Source of the DNA: Lachnospiraceae bacterium
GTDB taxonomy: Bacteria; Bacillota; Clostridia; Lachnospirales; Lachnospiraceae
Length of the DNA stretch: 64,000 bases
Direction of reading: 5' to 3'
Assembly (NCBI GenBank): GCA_024685005.1
Contig: JAIKWF010000048.1
Span: 5,470 to 69,469 of the forward strand
Each line of letters opens with the position of its first letter. Within the stretch, counting starts at the first letter, position 1. Both the position numbers and the translations under genes were made by a program. Below, one piece after another: positions 15,843 to 25,568 of this stretch. Below the pieces are notes generated by a model. The model made no database searches. It saw only the letters and a list, made by a program, of their open reading frames with translations, and was not told the DNA's origin.

Positions 15843-16714
15843 GTATTTCACCACAGGAACTGAGACAGCGCCATCCCTGTTTTGCGCTGGGAGAAAAAAC
15901 AAACAGCGGCAGGATTCATTTGCCGGTGAGCTTCGGATGCAACATCGGCTGCAATTTTTGCATACGGGATCTGAATGAAACGGAAAACAGACCCGGAGTT
16001 GCCGGTGACATCCTTACGCCAAAAGAAGCCCTGGAGGCCGTAGGCCGGGCGGTGGAAGCCATGCCTCAGATACAGGTGGCCGGCGTGGCCGGACCGGGAG
16101 ATACCCTGGCAAGTCCCCATGCGCTGGAGACGTTTCGCCTGATTAAGGAAAGGTATCCGAAGCTGATCAAGTGCATGAGTACCAACGGACTGATGCTTTC
16201 AAAGCTGGCAGATCAGGTGATAGAAGCGGGCATTGATACGCTTACCGTAACGGTAAATGCAGTGGACGAAGAGATCCTTGCACAGATCAACAGCTTTGTG
16301 ATCTGGGAAGGGAAAAAATACGAAGGGATACAGGCGGCAAAGATCCTCATCGAAAATCAGCTTTCAGGCATTGAAAAGGTTGTTAAGGGAGGCGTTACGG
16401 TAAAGGTCAATACCGTACTGATCCCCCAACTGAATCAGGAGCATATCGGGAAGATCGCCAAAACCGTGGCAGAGCGGGGGGCGTCGATCTATAACATCAT
16501 CCCTCTGATCCCACAGCATAAGCTGAAAAACATGAGAGAACCTTCCTGCGAAGAACTTTACAGCGCAAGGGCGGAGGCAGAGAAGTATATCAGGGTATTC
16601 CGGCATTGTCAAAGGTGCCGGGCCGATGCGGCAGGCATCCCGGGCGGAAGGGATATTTCCAAACAGATCTATCTGAAAGAGATCCGGGCGGAGAACACCT
16701 TTTCACATGGATGA
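15839..16714 (+). CDS. radical SAM protein, minimal NifB-like
   Basis: 291 aa. HPCF then CNIGCNFC (CX3CX2C), followed by NETENRPGV and GVAGPGD as in NifB. TTG start overlaps the preceding stop by 4 nt. No fused NifX domain. Confidence 0.8.
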   Translation: MSISPQELRQRHPCFALGEKTNSGRIHLPVSFGCNIGCNFCIRDLNETENRPGVAGDILTPKEALEAVGRAVEAMPQIQVAGVAGPGDTLASPHALETFRLIKERYPKLIKCMSTNGLMLSKLADQVIEAGIDTLTVTVNAVDEEILAQINSFVIWEGKKYEGIQAAKILIENQLSGIEKVVKGGVTVKVNTVLIPQLNQEHIGKIAKTVAERGASIYNIIPLIPQHKLKNMREPSCEELYSARAEAEKYIRVFRHCQRCRADAAGIPGGRDISKQIYLKEIRAENTFSHG

Positions 16715-16743
16715 TCATTGATAAAAAAGAAAGATACAAGTAG

Positions 16744-17610
<867 letters not shown>

Positions 17611-17616
17611 TGTCGC

Positions 17617-17684
17617 CATAGGCAAAACCTATAACCGATGATAAACAATAGGAATTAGACAGCGTGGGTTTCATGCCTTAAGAT
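17617..17684 (+). promoter_or_regulatory. Met-box-like palindrome plus promoter P3 (AhpD-like / yezD / metNIQ unit)
   Basis: CATAGGCAAAACCTATA (17617-17633), starting 7 nt after the NifH-like stop. -35 TAGACA (17656-17661), 17-nt spacer, -10 TAAGAT (17679-17684). Confidence 0.55.
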
Positions 17685-17722
17685 AAGACCCATCAGAAGG
17701 AAAAAAAAGGAGGAAACAAAAA

Positions 17723-18277
17723 ATGGCAAGAGTAAAATTATTGGAACTGGAAGAAACAACCGGAGCGGAGAAAGAACGCTACGAAGAACTGGCCGGCAGA
17801 AATGCAGTCACAAATATGAAACGGGGACTTTTAAATGATGCGGCCACATATGATGCATACATGGCATGGTACACTTCGTGGAAACGCCTGGTGGAAGTCA
17901 TCGGTGAAAAAGATGCGGTCCTTTACGCACATGCAATTTCAACCACCAATTCCTGCCAGCTGTGCTCACTGTTTTTCATCAGCGACGTAAAAGGTCTGGG
18001 ACTTGACCCGGCAAACCTTCAGTACGATGAAAAAGAAACAGCACTGACAGATCTGGGAAGAGCAATCGTTAAGAATCCCACAGCTGTATCCGACGAGCTT
18101 TTCGATACGCTGAAGAAATTCTGGAATGATCAGGAGATCGTGGTGATCGTAGGATTCGCAGGTCAGATGATCGCAACCAACAACTTCAACTCTGTATTGA
18201 AGATTGACGTGGACCAGAGACTTCTTCCCATCATTGATGAGTTTAAGCCGGCTACATGGAGAGAGAATATCAAGTAA
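17723..18277 (+). CDS. carboxymuconolactone decarboxylase / AhpD-like family protein with CxxC
   Basis: 184 aa, all-helical. HAISTTNSCQLCSLFF carries the AhpD-type CxxC motif. Strong RBS AAGGAGG. Confidence 0.7.
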   Translation: MARVKLLELEETTGAEKERYEELAGRNAVTNMKRGLLNDAATYDAYMAWYTSWKRLVEVIGEKDAVLYAHAISTTNSCQLCSLFFISDVKGLGLDPANLQYDEKETALTDLGRAIVKNPTAVSDELFDTLKKFWNDQEIVVIVGFAGQMIATNNFNSVLKIDVDQRLLPIIDEFKPATWRENIK

Positions 18278-18298
18278 GAAAAAGTAGCACCGGGAGTG

Positions 18299-18457
18299 AT
18301 GAAAATGGAAGAGAATAAAAGCGGACAAAGCCTGAGTAAGGAGCAACTGGCAACGCTGAATTCACTCCTTCAGGGCATGAAATACGGAATGATCACCATC
18401 ATCGTTCAGGATGGAAAGATCATTCAGATCGATAAAACCGAAAAACACAGGCTGTAA
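18299..18457 (+). CDS. yezD: YezD (DUF2292) family small protein (52 aa)
   Basis: Not in the ORF track. GGGAG RBS. The C-terminal GMITIIVQDGKIIQIDKTEKHRL matches the characteristic YezD core. Confidence 0.7.
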   Translation: MKMEENKSGQSLSKEQLATLNSLLQGMKYGMITIIVQDGKIIQIDKTEKHRL

Positions 18458-18489
18458 TAAGCATCACTGATAATAAGGTCAGCTGACCG

Positions 18490-18556
18490 GAAAACCGGAG
18501 GCTGCGGAGAGCGGAATCATTTGCCGCATTTCTGCAGTCCCCGGTTTTTCTGTTTT
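18490..18556 (+). terminator. long hairpin plus T tract between yezD and metN (internal terminator or attenuator)
   Basis: GAAAACCGGAGGCTGCGG ... CTGCAGTCCCCGGTTTTTC followed by TGTTTT. Only about 22 nt remain before the metN ATG, which leaves no room for a separate promoter. Confidence 0.5.
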
Positions 18557-18578
18557 ACATATAGAAGGTGAAAGAAAC

Positions 18579-19634
18579 ATGATCAAATTGGAAAATCTGG
18601 AAAAAACCTATCATACGGATGCAGGGGATGTCCACGCCCTTTCAAATGTATCCCTTACGATCCCGAAGGGGAGTGTTTACGGGATCGTGGGAGCCAGCGG
18701 CGCGGGGAAAAGTACCCTGATCAGAAGCATCAATCTTTTGGAAAAACCGGACGCAGGAAAGGTGTTTATAGACGGAGAGAATATCACACTTTTATCCGGA
18801 AAAAGTCTGGAACAAAAGAGACAAAAGATCGGAATGATCTTCCAGCATTTTAACCTGCTCAAATCCAAAACGGTATATGAAAATATTGCGTTTCCTCTGA
18901 AATACCGCAAGGAAAAACCAAAAGAAATCGAAAAGCGGGTAGACGCACTTTTAAAGCTGGTAGATCTGGAAGATAAGAAGGGTTCTTACCCTTCCCAGCT
19001 GTCCGGGGGCCAGAAGCAACGGGTTGCCATCGCAAGAGCTCTTGCCAATGATCCGAATATTCTTCTTTGTGATGAAGCAACATCCGCTCTGGACCCTCAA
19101 ACGACAGCTTCCATTCTGACTCTTTTGCGGAATCTGAATGAGAAACTGGGGATCACGGTGGTTTTGATCACGCACCAGATGTCGGTAGTAAAAGAAATCT
19201 GCGACAGGGTGGCTGTGGTGGAAGCCGGACAGATTGTGGAAGAGGCCCAGACTTATGAATTGTTTGCCAATCCGCAGAAAGAGATCACAAAACGCTTTGT
19301 GGATACGGTCTTTCATAATGATGACGTGGAAAGACTTTTGGAACAGGATGATCTGCAAAAGAGGCTTAGCCGGGGAGAAGAGATCTGGCATCTGGTATTT
19401 CGGGGAGAAGGCGCAAATCATGCCTACATTGCAGAGCTGATCCGCAAATTTTACCTTGACATCAGCGTGATCTACGGCTCCATTGAGATCATACAAAATA
19501 AACCCATCGGAAACCTTTATGTTTCCATCGGCGGCAATGACGGGTGCCTGCGGGGGGCACTGGGATATCTGAGAAGGGAAGGGATCAGCACCGAGCCCCT
19601 TCTTCTGAAAGAAACGGAGGAGGCCATCGGATGA
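18579..19634 (+). CDS. metN: methionine ABC transporter ATP-binding protein
   Basis: Walker [10 protein letters not shown], signature [15 protein letters not shown], Walker [12 protein letters not shown], and a C-terminal NIL-type domain. Confidence 0.9.
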   Translation: MIKLENLEKTYHTDAGDVHALSNVSLTIPKGSVYGIVGASGAGKSTLIRSINLLEKPDAGKVFIDGENITLLSGKSLEQKRQKIGMIFQHFNLLKSKTVYENIAFPLKYRKEKPKEIEKRVDALLKLVDLEDKKGSYPSQLSGGQKQRVAIARALANDPNILLCDEATSALDPQTTASILTLLRNLNEKLGITVVLITHQMSVVKEICDRVAVVEAGQIVEEAQTYELFANPQKEITKRFVDTVFHNDDVERLLEQDDLQKRLSRGEEIWHLVFRGEGANHAYIAELIRKFYLDISVIYGSIEIIQNKPIGNLYVSIGGNDGCLRGALGYLRREGISTEPLLLKETEEAIG

Positions 19635-20311
19635 AAGAATTATTGATACGCTATTTACCCAATGTATTTGAGCTGCAGGACTATTTCCTGCAATCCATAA
19701 AGGAAACCGCCATCATGGTGCTGATCACCGGTGCCATCGGCCTGAGTCTTGGAGTGATCACCGGCATCATACTGGTGGTGACAGACAAAGGCGGGCTGTA
19801 TGAAAACAGTACGGTTCACAGTCTTCTAGGCAGGGTGATCAACGTGGTAAGGTCCATTCCCTTTGTGATCCTCATAGCTTTGATGGTAACCTTTACCAGA
19901 TTCCTGGTGGGGACCGCCATCGGCGTAAAGGGTGCCATCGTTCCCATGGTGGTGGGAGTGATCCCGCTGGCATCAAGACTGACGGAGCAGGCACTTTTGG
20001 AAACGGACCCCGGTGTTCTGGAGGCGGGAAGATCCATGGGAATTTCCAGAGGATATCTGATCCGCCATGTGATGATACCGGAAGCGCTGCCGGGACTGAT
20101 CCGGGCAGTTGTCACCTGCTTTATCAGCCTCATCGGCCTGACGGCTATGGCAGGCAGCGTGGGAGGCGGCGGCATCGGAAGCTTCGCCATCAGGTACGGT
20201 TATAACCGGTACATGGAAGATGTAACCATTGTATGTGTGCTCTTTTTGCTCATTCTGGTCAGTATCATTCAAAGCCTGGGCAACAGGGCTGCAGATAGAT
20301 TAACACATTAA
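19631..20311 (+). CDS. metI: methionine ABC transporter permease
   Basis: Start at MKELLIRY (ATG 19631, ATGA overlap with metN). MetI-type BPD permease with GSVGGGGIGSFAIRYGY near the C-terminus. Confidence 0.9.
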   Translation: MKELLIRYLPNVFELQDYFLQSIKETAIMVLITGAIGLSLGVITGIILVVTDKGGLYENSTVHSLLGRVINVVRSIPFVILIALMVTFTRFLVGTAIGVKGAIVPMVVGVIPLASRLTEQALLETDPGVLEAGRSMGISRGYLIRHVMIPEALPGLIRAVVTCFISLIGLTAMAGSVGGGGIGSFAIRYGYNRYMEDVTIVCVLFLLILVSIIQSLGNRAADRLTH

Positions 20312-20344
20312 GTTTTTTGTTTTACAAAAGGAGGAGTAACTATT

Positions 20345-21343
20345 ATGAAAAAGATCGTATTTAACAAAAAGGCAGCTGCCATCATAGCTGCGGCAGCACT
20401 ATTGGTAACCGGATGCGGACAGAGCGCATCTACCGGCGGAGGCGACAGCAAGGAGGCAGCAGAGCCGGAAGCAGTGGAAACACAGGATGTTGAAGCGAGC
20501 GAAGAAACTTCGGAAGCAGATGCACAGGATACGCAGGATGCCGGAGAAGACGCAGAGGCTGAATCTGCAGAGGAAAAACAGGGGATCAAATCAGAGGACG
20601 GTCAGCCCATCATCGTAAAGATCGGTACAACCTCCGACGAGAACCGGATCTGGGATGCACTGAATGAAGAACTGGCAGAAAGAGGAGATGATATCAAGGT
20701 AGAATGGGTAAACGTACAGCAGACCAATCAGGTCCTTGCAGACGGTGAAGTGGATCTGAACTCTTTTCAGCATTATGCATACTTTGATGCCAACACCGCG
20801 GATCTGGGACTGGATCTGACGGCCATCGGAGAAACCCTGATCGTACCCTTAAACCTGTTTTCCGAAAAACATGCATCCTTAGATGAGATCCCCGAGGGCG
20901 GTTCCATTGCCATCCCTGAGGATGCCACCAATCAGGGAAGAGCTTTGCATGTACTGGAAAATGCGGGTCTGATCAAGCTGGCTGAGGGCGTAGGCGTAAA
21001 CGGAACGGTTTCCGATATAGCGGAGAATCCCAAGAATATCAAGATCGTTGAAATGGAAGGACCTGAGCTTCCCAGAACTCTGGCAGATGTGGATGCGGCC
21101 ATCATCAACTGCGGATATGCTACCGATTACGGTCTGGATCCCGTAAACGATCCCATCTATAAAGACGAGATTGACTTTACGGATCCTGCGCAGCATCCCT
21201 TCATCAACATCATTGCAGCCCGCACCGAAGACAAGGACAACGAAGTATATCTCGAGGTAGTGGATGCGTACAGAACAGAGCGTGTGGCAAAGGCTATTTT
21301 GGAAGTTTACAACAACGCGGCAATCCCCGCATTTGAGTATTAG
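20345..21343 (+). CDS. metQ: MetQ/NlpA-family substrate-binding lipoprotein
   Basis: Lipobox LLVTGCGQ, an acidic Glu/Asp/Ala-rich linker, then the NlpA-type domain (NSFQHYAYF, INCGYA). Confidence 0.85.
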   Translation: MKKIVFNKKAAAIIAAAALLVTGCGQSASTGGGDSKEAAEPEAVETQDVEASEETSEADAQDTQDAGEDAEAESAEEKQGIKSEDGQPIIVKIGTTSDENRIWDALNEELAERGDDIKVEWVNVQQTNQVLADGEVDLNSFQHYAYFDANTADLGLDLTAIGETLIVPLNLFSEKHASLDEIPEGGSIAIPEDATNQGRALHVLENAGLIKLAEGVGVNGTVSDIAENPKNIKIVEMEGPELPRTLADVDAAIINCGYATDYGLDPVNDPIYKDEIDFTDPAQHPFINIIAARTEDKDNEVYLEVVDAYRTERVAKAILEVYNNAAIPAFEY

Positions 21344-21386
21344 TAGTTAGCGGTTGCTAACAAAAATTCGGAAGGAAGCACAGAGG

Positions 21387-22535
21387 ATGACAGAGATTAC
21401 AGAGCAGCAAAAAGAGGAAATGATCGCCCTGCGGCGCTGGTTTCATGCCCATCCGGAGATCTGCTTTGAGGAGCATGAAACAGCCGCAAAGATCAGAGAA
21501 GAGCTGGACAAACTGGATATACCCTGGCAGAGCGTGGGAACCGGAACGGTGGCTGTCATAGAAGGGAAAAAGGAAGGAGCAGTGATTGGCCTTCGGGCCG
21601 ATATAGATGCGCTTCGGATCACCGAGAAAAACGAGGTTTCCTACCGATCACAAAACGAAGGCGCGATGCACGCCTGCGGACATGATGCTCATACGGCAGC
21701 CCTTTTGGGGGCTGCCCGTATTTTAAAAGAGCAGCAGGATCAGCTGGAAGGTACGGTGAAGCTGATCTTCCAGCCCGCTGAAGAGATCGGAAGGGGGGCA
21801 CAGACCATAGTGGATTCCGGGCTGATCGATGATGTGAACTTCTTTTTTGGGATCCATGTAAGAAGCCTTGAAGAAGTGGGGCTTATGGAAATATCAAAAG
21901 GAGCTGTCATGGGAGGCGCCAATTCACTGAAGATTTTTCTGCAGGGGAAAAGTGCACACGGTGGAAGACCGCATCTTGGAATCGATACCATTACATGCGG
22001 CGCCCAGATCGTACAGGGATTGCAGAATGTGGTATCCAGAGAAATATCCGCCCATGAATCCGCAGTGATCTCGGTGGGAATGTTTCACGGCGGAACGGCC
22101 GAGAATATTGTGGCAGGAGAGACCACCATCAAGGGAACCATCAGAGTCCTCTCCGACACTGTCAGAGAGCAGATCGCAGATGCGGCGGTGCGGCTTGTGA
22201 AGGGAATTGCGGCTGCTAACCGGGTTTCTGTGAAAGTGGAAAGTGAATTTGAAACACCCATTCTGAAAAATTCGGAGCTGCTGTATGATACCGTAAAGCA
22301 AGCGGGCATTCAGGTAGCAGGGGCCGAAAAGATCATACCGGCCCAGCCGGATCTGGGAACGGAGGATTTTTCCGCATACAGTCAGATCGCCCCATCCTTC
22401 TTCGTATTTGTGGGTGCCGGCGGATCCTATCCCCATCATCATGAACGGTTCGATCTGGACGAAAATGTGCTGCCCATAGCAGCAGCAATGCATGTGGCAT
22501 TTGTATCGCAGTGCAGTAAAATAAAGGCTTCTTAA
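21387..22535 (+). CDS. M20-family amidohydrolase (N-acyl-amino-acid deacylase / hippurate hydrolase type)
   Basis: HAHPEICFEEHET, MHACGHDAHTA and GGTAENIV motifs. Start set at ATG 21387; the track TTG 21354 is possible. Confidence 0.8.
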   Translation: MTEITEQQKEEMIALRRWFHAHPEICFEEHETAAKIREELDKLDIPWQSVGTGTVAVIEGKKEGAVIGLRADIDALRITEKNEVSYRSQNEGAMHACGHDAHTAALLGAARILKEQQDQLEGTVKLIFQPAEEIGRGAQTIVDSGLIDDVNFFFGIHVRSLEEVGLMEISKGAVMGGANSLKIFLQGKSAHGGRPHLGIDTITCGAQIVQGLQNVVSREISAHESAVISVGMFHGGTAENIVAGETTIKGTIRVLSDTVREQIADAAVRLVKGIAAANRVSVKVESEFETPILKNSELLYDTVKQAGIQVAGAEKIIPAQPDLGTEDFSAYSQIAPSFFVFVGAGGSYPHHHERFDLDENVLPIAAAMHVAFVSQCSKIKAS

Positions 22536-22546
22536 AGACAGGCTGT

Positions 22547-22614
22547 TATAGGTTTTACCTATAGCAGCCTATAATTCTTATGTATTTGTCAGGGAACCCA
22601 TCCTGTTTTATAGT
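22547..22614 (+). promoter_or_regulatory. Met-box-like palindrome plus promoter P4 (second metQ)
   Basis: TATAGGTTTTACCTATA (22547-22563), -35 TTGTCA (22586-22591), 17-nt spacer, -10 TATAGT (22609-22614). Indexing was checked against the track ORF that starts at 22580. Confidence 0.6.
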
Positions 22615-22681
22615 GAATTACGACAAAACAAGAGGACCTGAAAACAAAAAGCTTAAGGTCAAGCTAAAGGAGGAGAACATT

Positions 22682-23614
22682 ATGAAAAAGAAAATCGTAT
22701 CACTGATCATCACAGCAGCATTGGCAGTCAGCGCAGCAGGATGCGGAAACACTGCAAAAACCGAAGCACCTGAGACGGAGGCACCTGCAGCAGAAGCTGA
22801 AGCAGAAGTATCCGATGTAACGCCTGATGAAGAAGCTGACGCTTCTGAAGATTCTTCCGAAGAATCCGCACAGGCACCTGCAGAGGAAGTCACCATTAAG
22901 GTTGGCGCAAACATTACACCCCATGCTGAGATCCTTGAGGTAGTAAAGCCCATCCTGGCAGAGCAGGGTATCAACCTTGAGATCGTACAGATCGAAGATT
23001 CCATCACACCCAACACCGGCGTTATTGAAGGAAGCCTGGATGCAAACTACTTCCAGCATGTACCTTATCTGGAGCAGTTCAACGAAGAGAACGGATCGGA
23101 TCTGGTATCCATCGGTGCCATCCACTATGAGCCCTTCGGCATATATGCAGGAAAGACTTCCGATCTGTCCCAGCTTCCCGACGGAGCAACGGTTGCAGTA
23201 CCCAATAATGTGACCAACGAAGCAAGAGCACTGCTGCTTTTAGCACAGGAAGGACTGCTTACCCTGAAAGAGGATGCGGGCATTGAGGCGACCATCGCAG
23301 ACATAGTTGAGAATCCCAAGAACATTCAGTTCAAGGAGCTGGCGCCCGAGCAGCTTGTGGCAGCACTTCCCGATGTTGATGTAGCAGTTATCAACGGAAA
23401 CTACGCAATTGAAGGCGGCCTTCATGTAAGCGGTGCGCTGGCAGTTGAAGCAAATGACGGACTGGCAGCAACCACCTACGGCAATATCATTGCAACCACT
23501 CCCGATAAGGCAGAAGATCCTGCTTTGAAGGCACTGGTAGAGGCACTTCAGGGAAGCGAAGTAAAAGAGTTTATCGAAGGTAAGTATGATGGTGCGGTAG
23601 TACCTCTGAACTAA
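22682..23614 (+). CDS. metQ: MetQ/NlpA-family substrate-binding lipoprotein, second copy
   Basis: Start at MKKKIVSL (ATG 22682, RBS AAGGAGGAG). Lipobox AVSAAGCGN, an acidic linker, then the NlpA domain (ANYFQHVPY, INGNYA). Confidence 0.85.
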   Translation: MKKKIVSLIITAALAVSAAGCGNTAKTEAPETEAPAAEAEAEVSDVTPDEEADASEDSSEESAQAPAEEVTIKVGANITPHAEILEVVKPILAEQGINLEIVQIEDSITPNTGVIEGSLDANYFQHVPYLEQFNEENGSDLVSIGAIHYEPFGIYAGKTSDLSQLPDGATVAVPNNVTNEARALLLLAQEGLLTLKEDAGIEATIADIVENPKNIQFKELAPEQLVAALPDVDVAVINGNYAIEGGLHVSGALAVEANDGLAATTYGNIIATTPDKAEDPALKALVEALQGSEVKEFIEGKYDGAVVPLN

Positions 23615-23624
23615 TATAAAACAG

Positions 23625-23663
23625 GAATATGGTGGGGCTTATACAGACCGCCATATTCTTTTT
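23625..23663 (+). terminator. rho-independent terminator after the second metQ
   Basis: Arms GAATATGGTGG and CCGCCATATTC followed by TTTTT. Confidence 0.6.
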
Positions 23664-23770
23664 AAGACATAGGCGACCGAGCAAGAACGGTCACATATCC
23701 AAATAGAAAAAAGTTTGCATAAACTAACAATAACAACACCCCAAAAACAGTTAGAAAACAGGATTGAACT

Positions 23771-24802
23771 ATGGCAGAAGAAAAAACAAAAGTATATGAG
23801 CTTTCTCATGTAACAAAAATCTATGAAAACGAAGGAAAGAAATTTACTGCTTTAAAAGATGTTTCCCTTTCGGTATATGAAGGAGAAATCTTCGGGATCA
23901 TCGGAATGAGCGGCGCCGGCAAATCCACGCTGGTGCGAACCTTAAACCGCCTGGAAGAGATCAATGAAGGAACAGTAAGTTTTTACAATGATATCATCGG
24001 AGATCTGAAGCAAAAGGATCTTCGAAAGATCAGACAGTCCATTGCCATGATCTTCCAAAGCTTTAATCTCTTAAACCAGAAAACGGTGCTGGAAAACGTG
24101 GCCCTTCCTTTAAAGATCGCGGGAGTGAGCCGTGCAAAGCGCAGGGAAAAGGCATTGGAGATGCTGCAGGTGGTAGGACTGGAAGATAAGAAGGATTCCT
24201 ATCCTGCAAGACTTTCCGGCGGACAAAAGCAGCGGGTAGCCATTGCAAGAGCACTGGCAGCAGATCCCAAAGTTCTTCTTTGCGACGAAGCTACATCGGC
24301 GCTGGACCCCAAGATCACCGAGGAGATCCTGGAACTGCTGCAGACCATCAATAAAACCCGGAATCTGACGGTGATCATCATCACCCACGAGATGTCAGTG
24401 GTGGAAAAGATCTGCGACAGAGTAGCCATTATCGATAACGGCGTTGTGGCGGAAGTGGGAGAGGTTTCGGAGGTATTTACCAATCCGAAATCCGATGCGG
24501 CAAAGCGACTGGTACTGCCGGGGCAGGATGAAAAAAATATCAATCCCTATGACTGCTCCAATCAGGGGGCAAAAGTCGTACGGATCGTATTTGACGGCTT
24601 CTCCGCAAAGGAACCGGTGATCTCGACGCTGGTGGAAGATACGGGGCTGAAGGTCAATATCTTAAGTGCCAACACCAAGAGCGTCGGCGGCAAGGGCTAC
24701 GGTCAGATGATCGTGGAGTTGCCGAAAGGGGAAAAAGAGCAGGAAACCGTTCTTGATTTCTTTGAACAAAGAGGAATACAGATATTGGAGGTGAGTGCAT
24801 AA
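23771..24802 (+). CDS. metN: methionine ABC transporter ATP-binding protein, second copy
   Basis: Walker [36 protein letters not shown], and a C-terminal NIL domain. Confidence 0.9.
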   Translation: MAEEKTKVYELSHVTKIYENEGKKFTALKDVSLSVYEGEIFGIIGMSGAGKSTLVRTLNRLEEINEGTVSFYNDIIGDLKQKDLRKIRQSIAMIFQSFNLLNQKTVLENVALPLKIAGVSRAKRREKALEMLQVVGLEDKKDSYPARLSGGQKQRVAIARALAADPKVLLCDEATSALDPKITEEILELLQTINKTRNLTVIIITHEMSVVEKICDRVAIIDNGVVAEVGEVSEVFTNPKSDAAKRLVLPGQDEKNINPYDCSNQGAKVVRIVFDGFSAKEPVISTLVEDTGLKVNILSANTKSVGGKGYGQMIVELPKGEKEQETVLDFFEQRGIQILEVSA

Positions 24803-25455
24803 TGGATGCTTATATCAAAGAAGCCATCATAAAAGGAATATGGGAAACAATTCAGATGACTACCTTCAGTGCACTCTTTGCATATGTAGTGGGACTACCC
24901 TTAGGGGTGATCCTGTATGTTACCGCCAAGGATCATCTGTTTGAAAACAAAGCTGTCAATGCGGTAGTAGGATTTGTGATCAACATCGGAAGATCTCTTC
25001 CCTTTTTGATCCTGCTGGTTCTTCTGATTCCCTTCACCAGGCTGGTAGTGGGATCCTCCATCGGAACCACCGCATCCATCGTACCCCTTACCGTGGGTGC
25101 CATTCCCATTGTGGCGCGAATGGTGGAGTCATCCTTAAATGAAGTACCCTCCGGGATCATAGAGGCTGCAAGGTCCATGGGAGCAGGACCGCTTTTTATC
25201 ATCTTTCATTTTATCCTGCCGGAGGCCACCCCTTCCCTTTTATTGGGAGGTGCCATCAACGTGGCAACCGTTTTGGGATATTCCGCCATGGCAGGTGTGA
25301 TCGGTGGCGGAGGACTGGGAGCCATCGCCCTGCAATACGGTTATTACCGGTATGAAAAACAGGTACTCTGGGTAACCGTAGCCCTTCTTGTGATCATGGT
25401 AATGCTGATCCAGGAAGCAGGAGTGGGACTGTCTAAGAAAGTACGCAGAGCCTGA
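24802..25455 (+). CDS. metI: methionine ABC transporter permease, second copy
   Basis: MetI-type permease (AGVIGGGGLGAIALQYGY). The start overlaps the metN stop. Confidence 0.9.
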   Translation: MDAYIKEAIIKGIWETIQMTTFSALFAYVVGLPLGVILYVTAKDHLFENKAVNAVVGFVINIGRSLPFLILLVLLIPFTRLVVGSSIGTTASIVPLTVGAIPIVARMVESSLNEVPSGIIEAARSMGAGPLFIIFHFILPEATPSLLLGGAINVATVLGYSAMAGVIGGGGLGAIALQYGYYRYEKQVLWVTVALLVIMVMLIQEAGVGLSKKVRRA

Positions 25456-25568
25456 AATACAGACAAGGAGAGAACCCGGAATAGTGTAACGGATTAAAGC
25501 GGGAATATAAACGTAAAGGGAAAAACGCCGGAGAATCGCCGGTGCGTAAATATAAAGGAGGAAAAACC

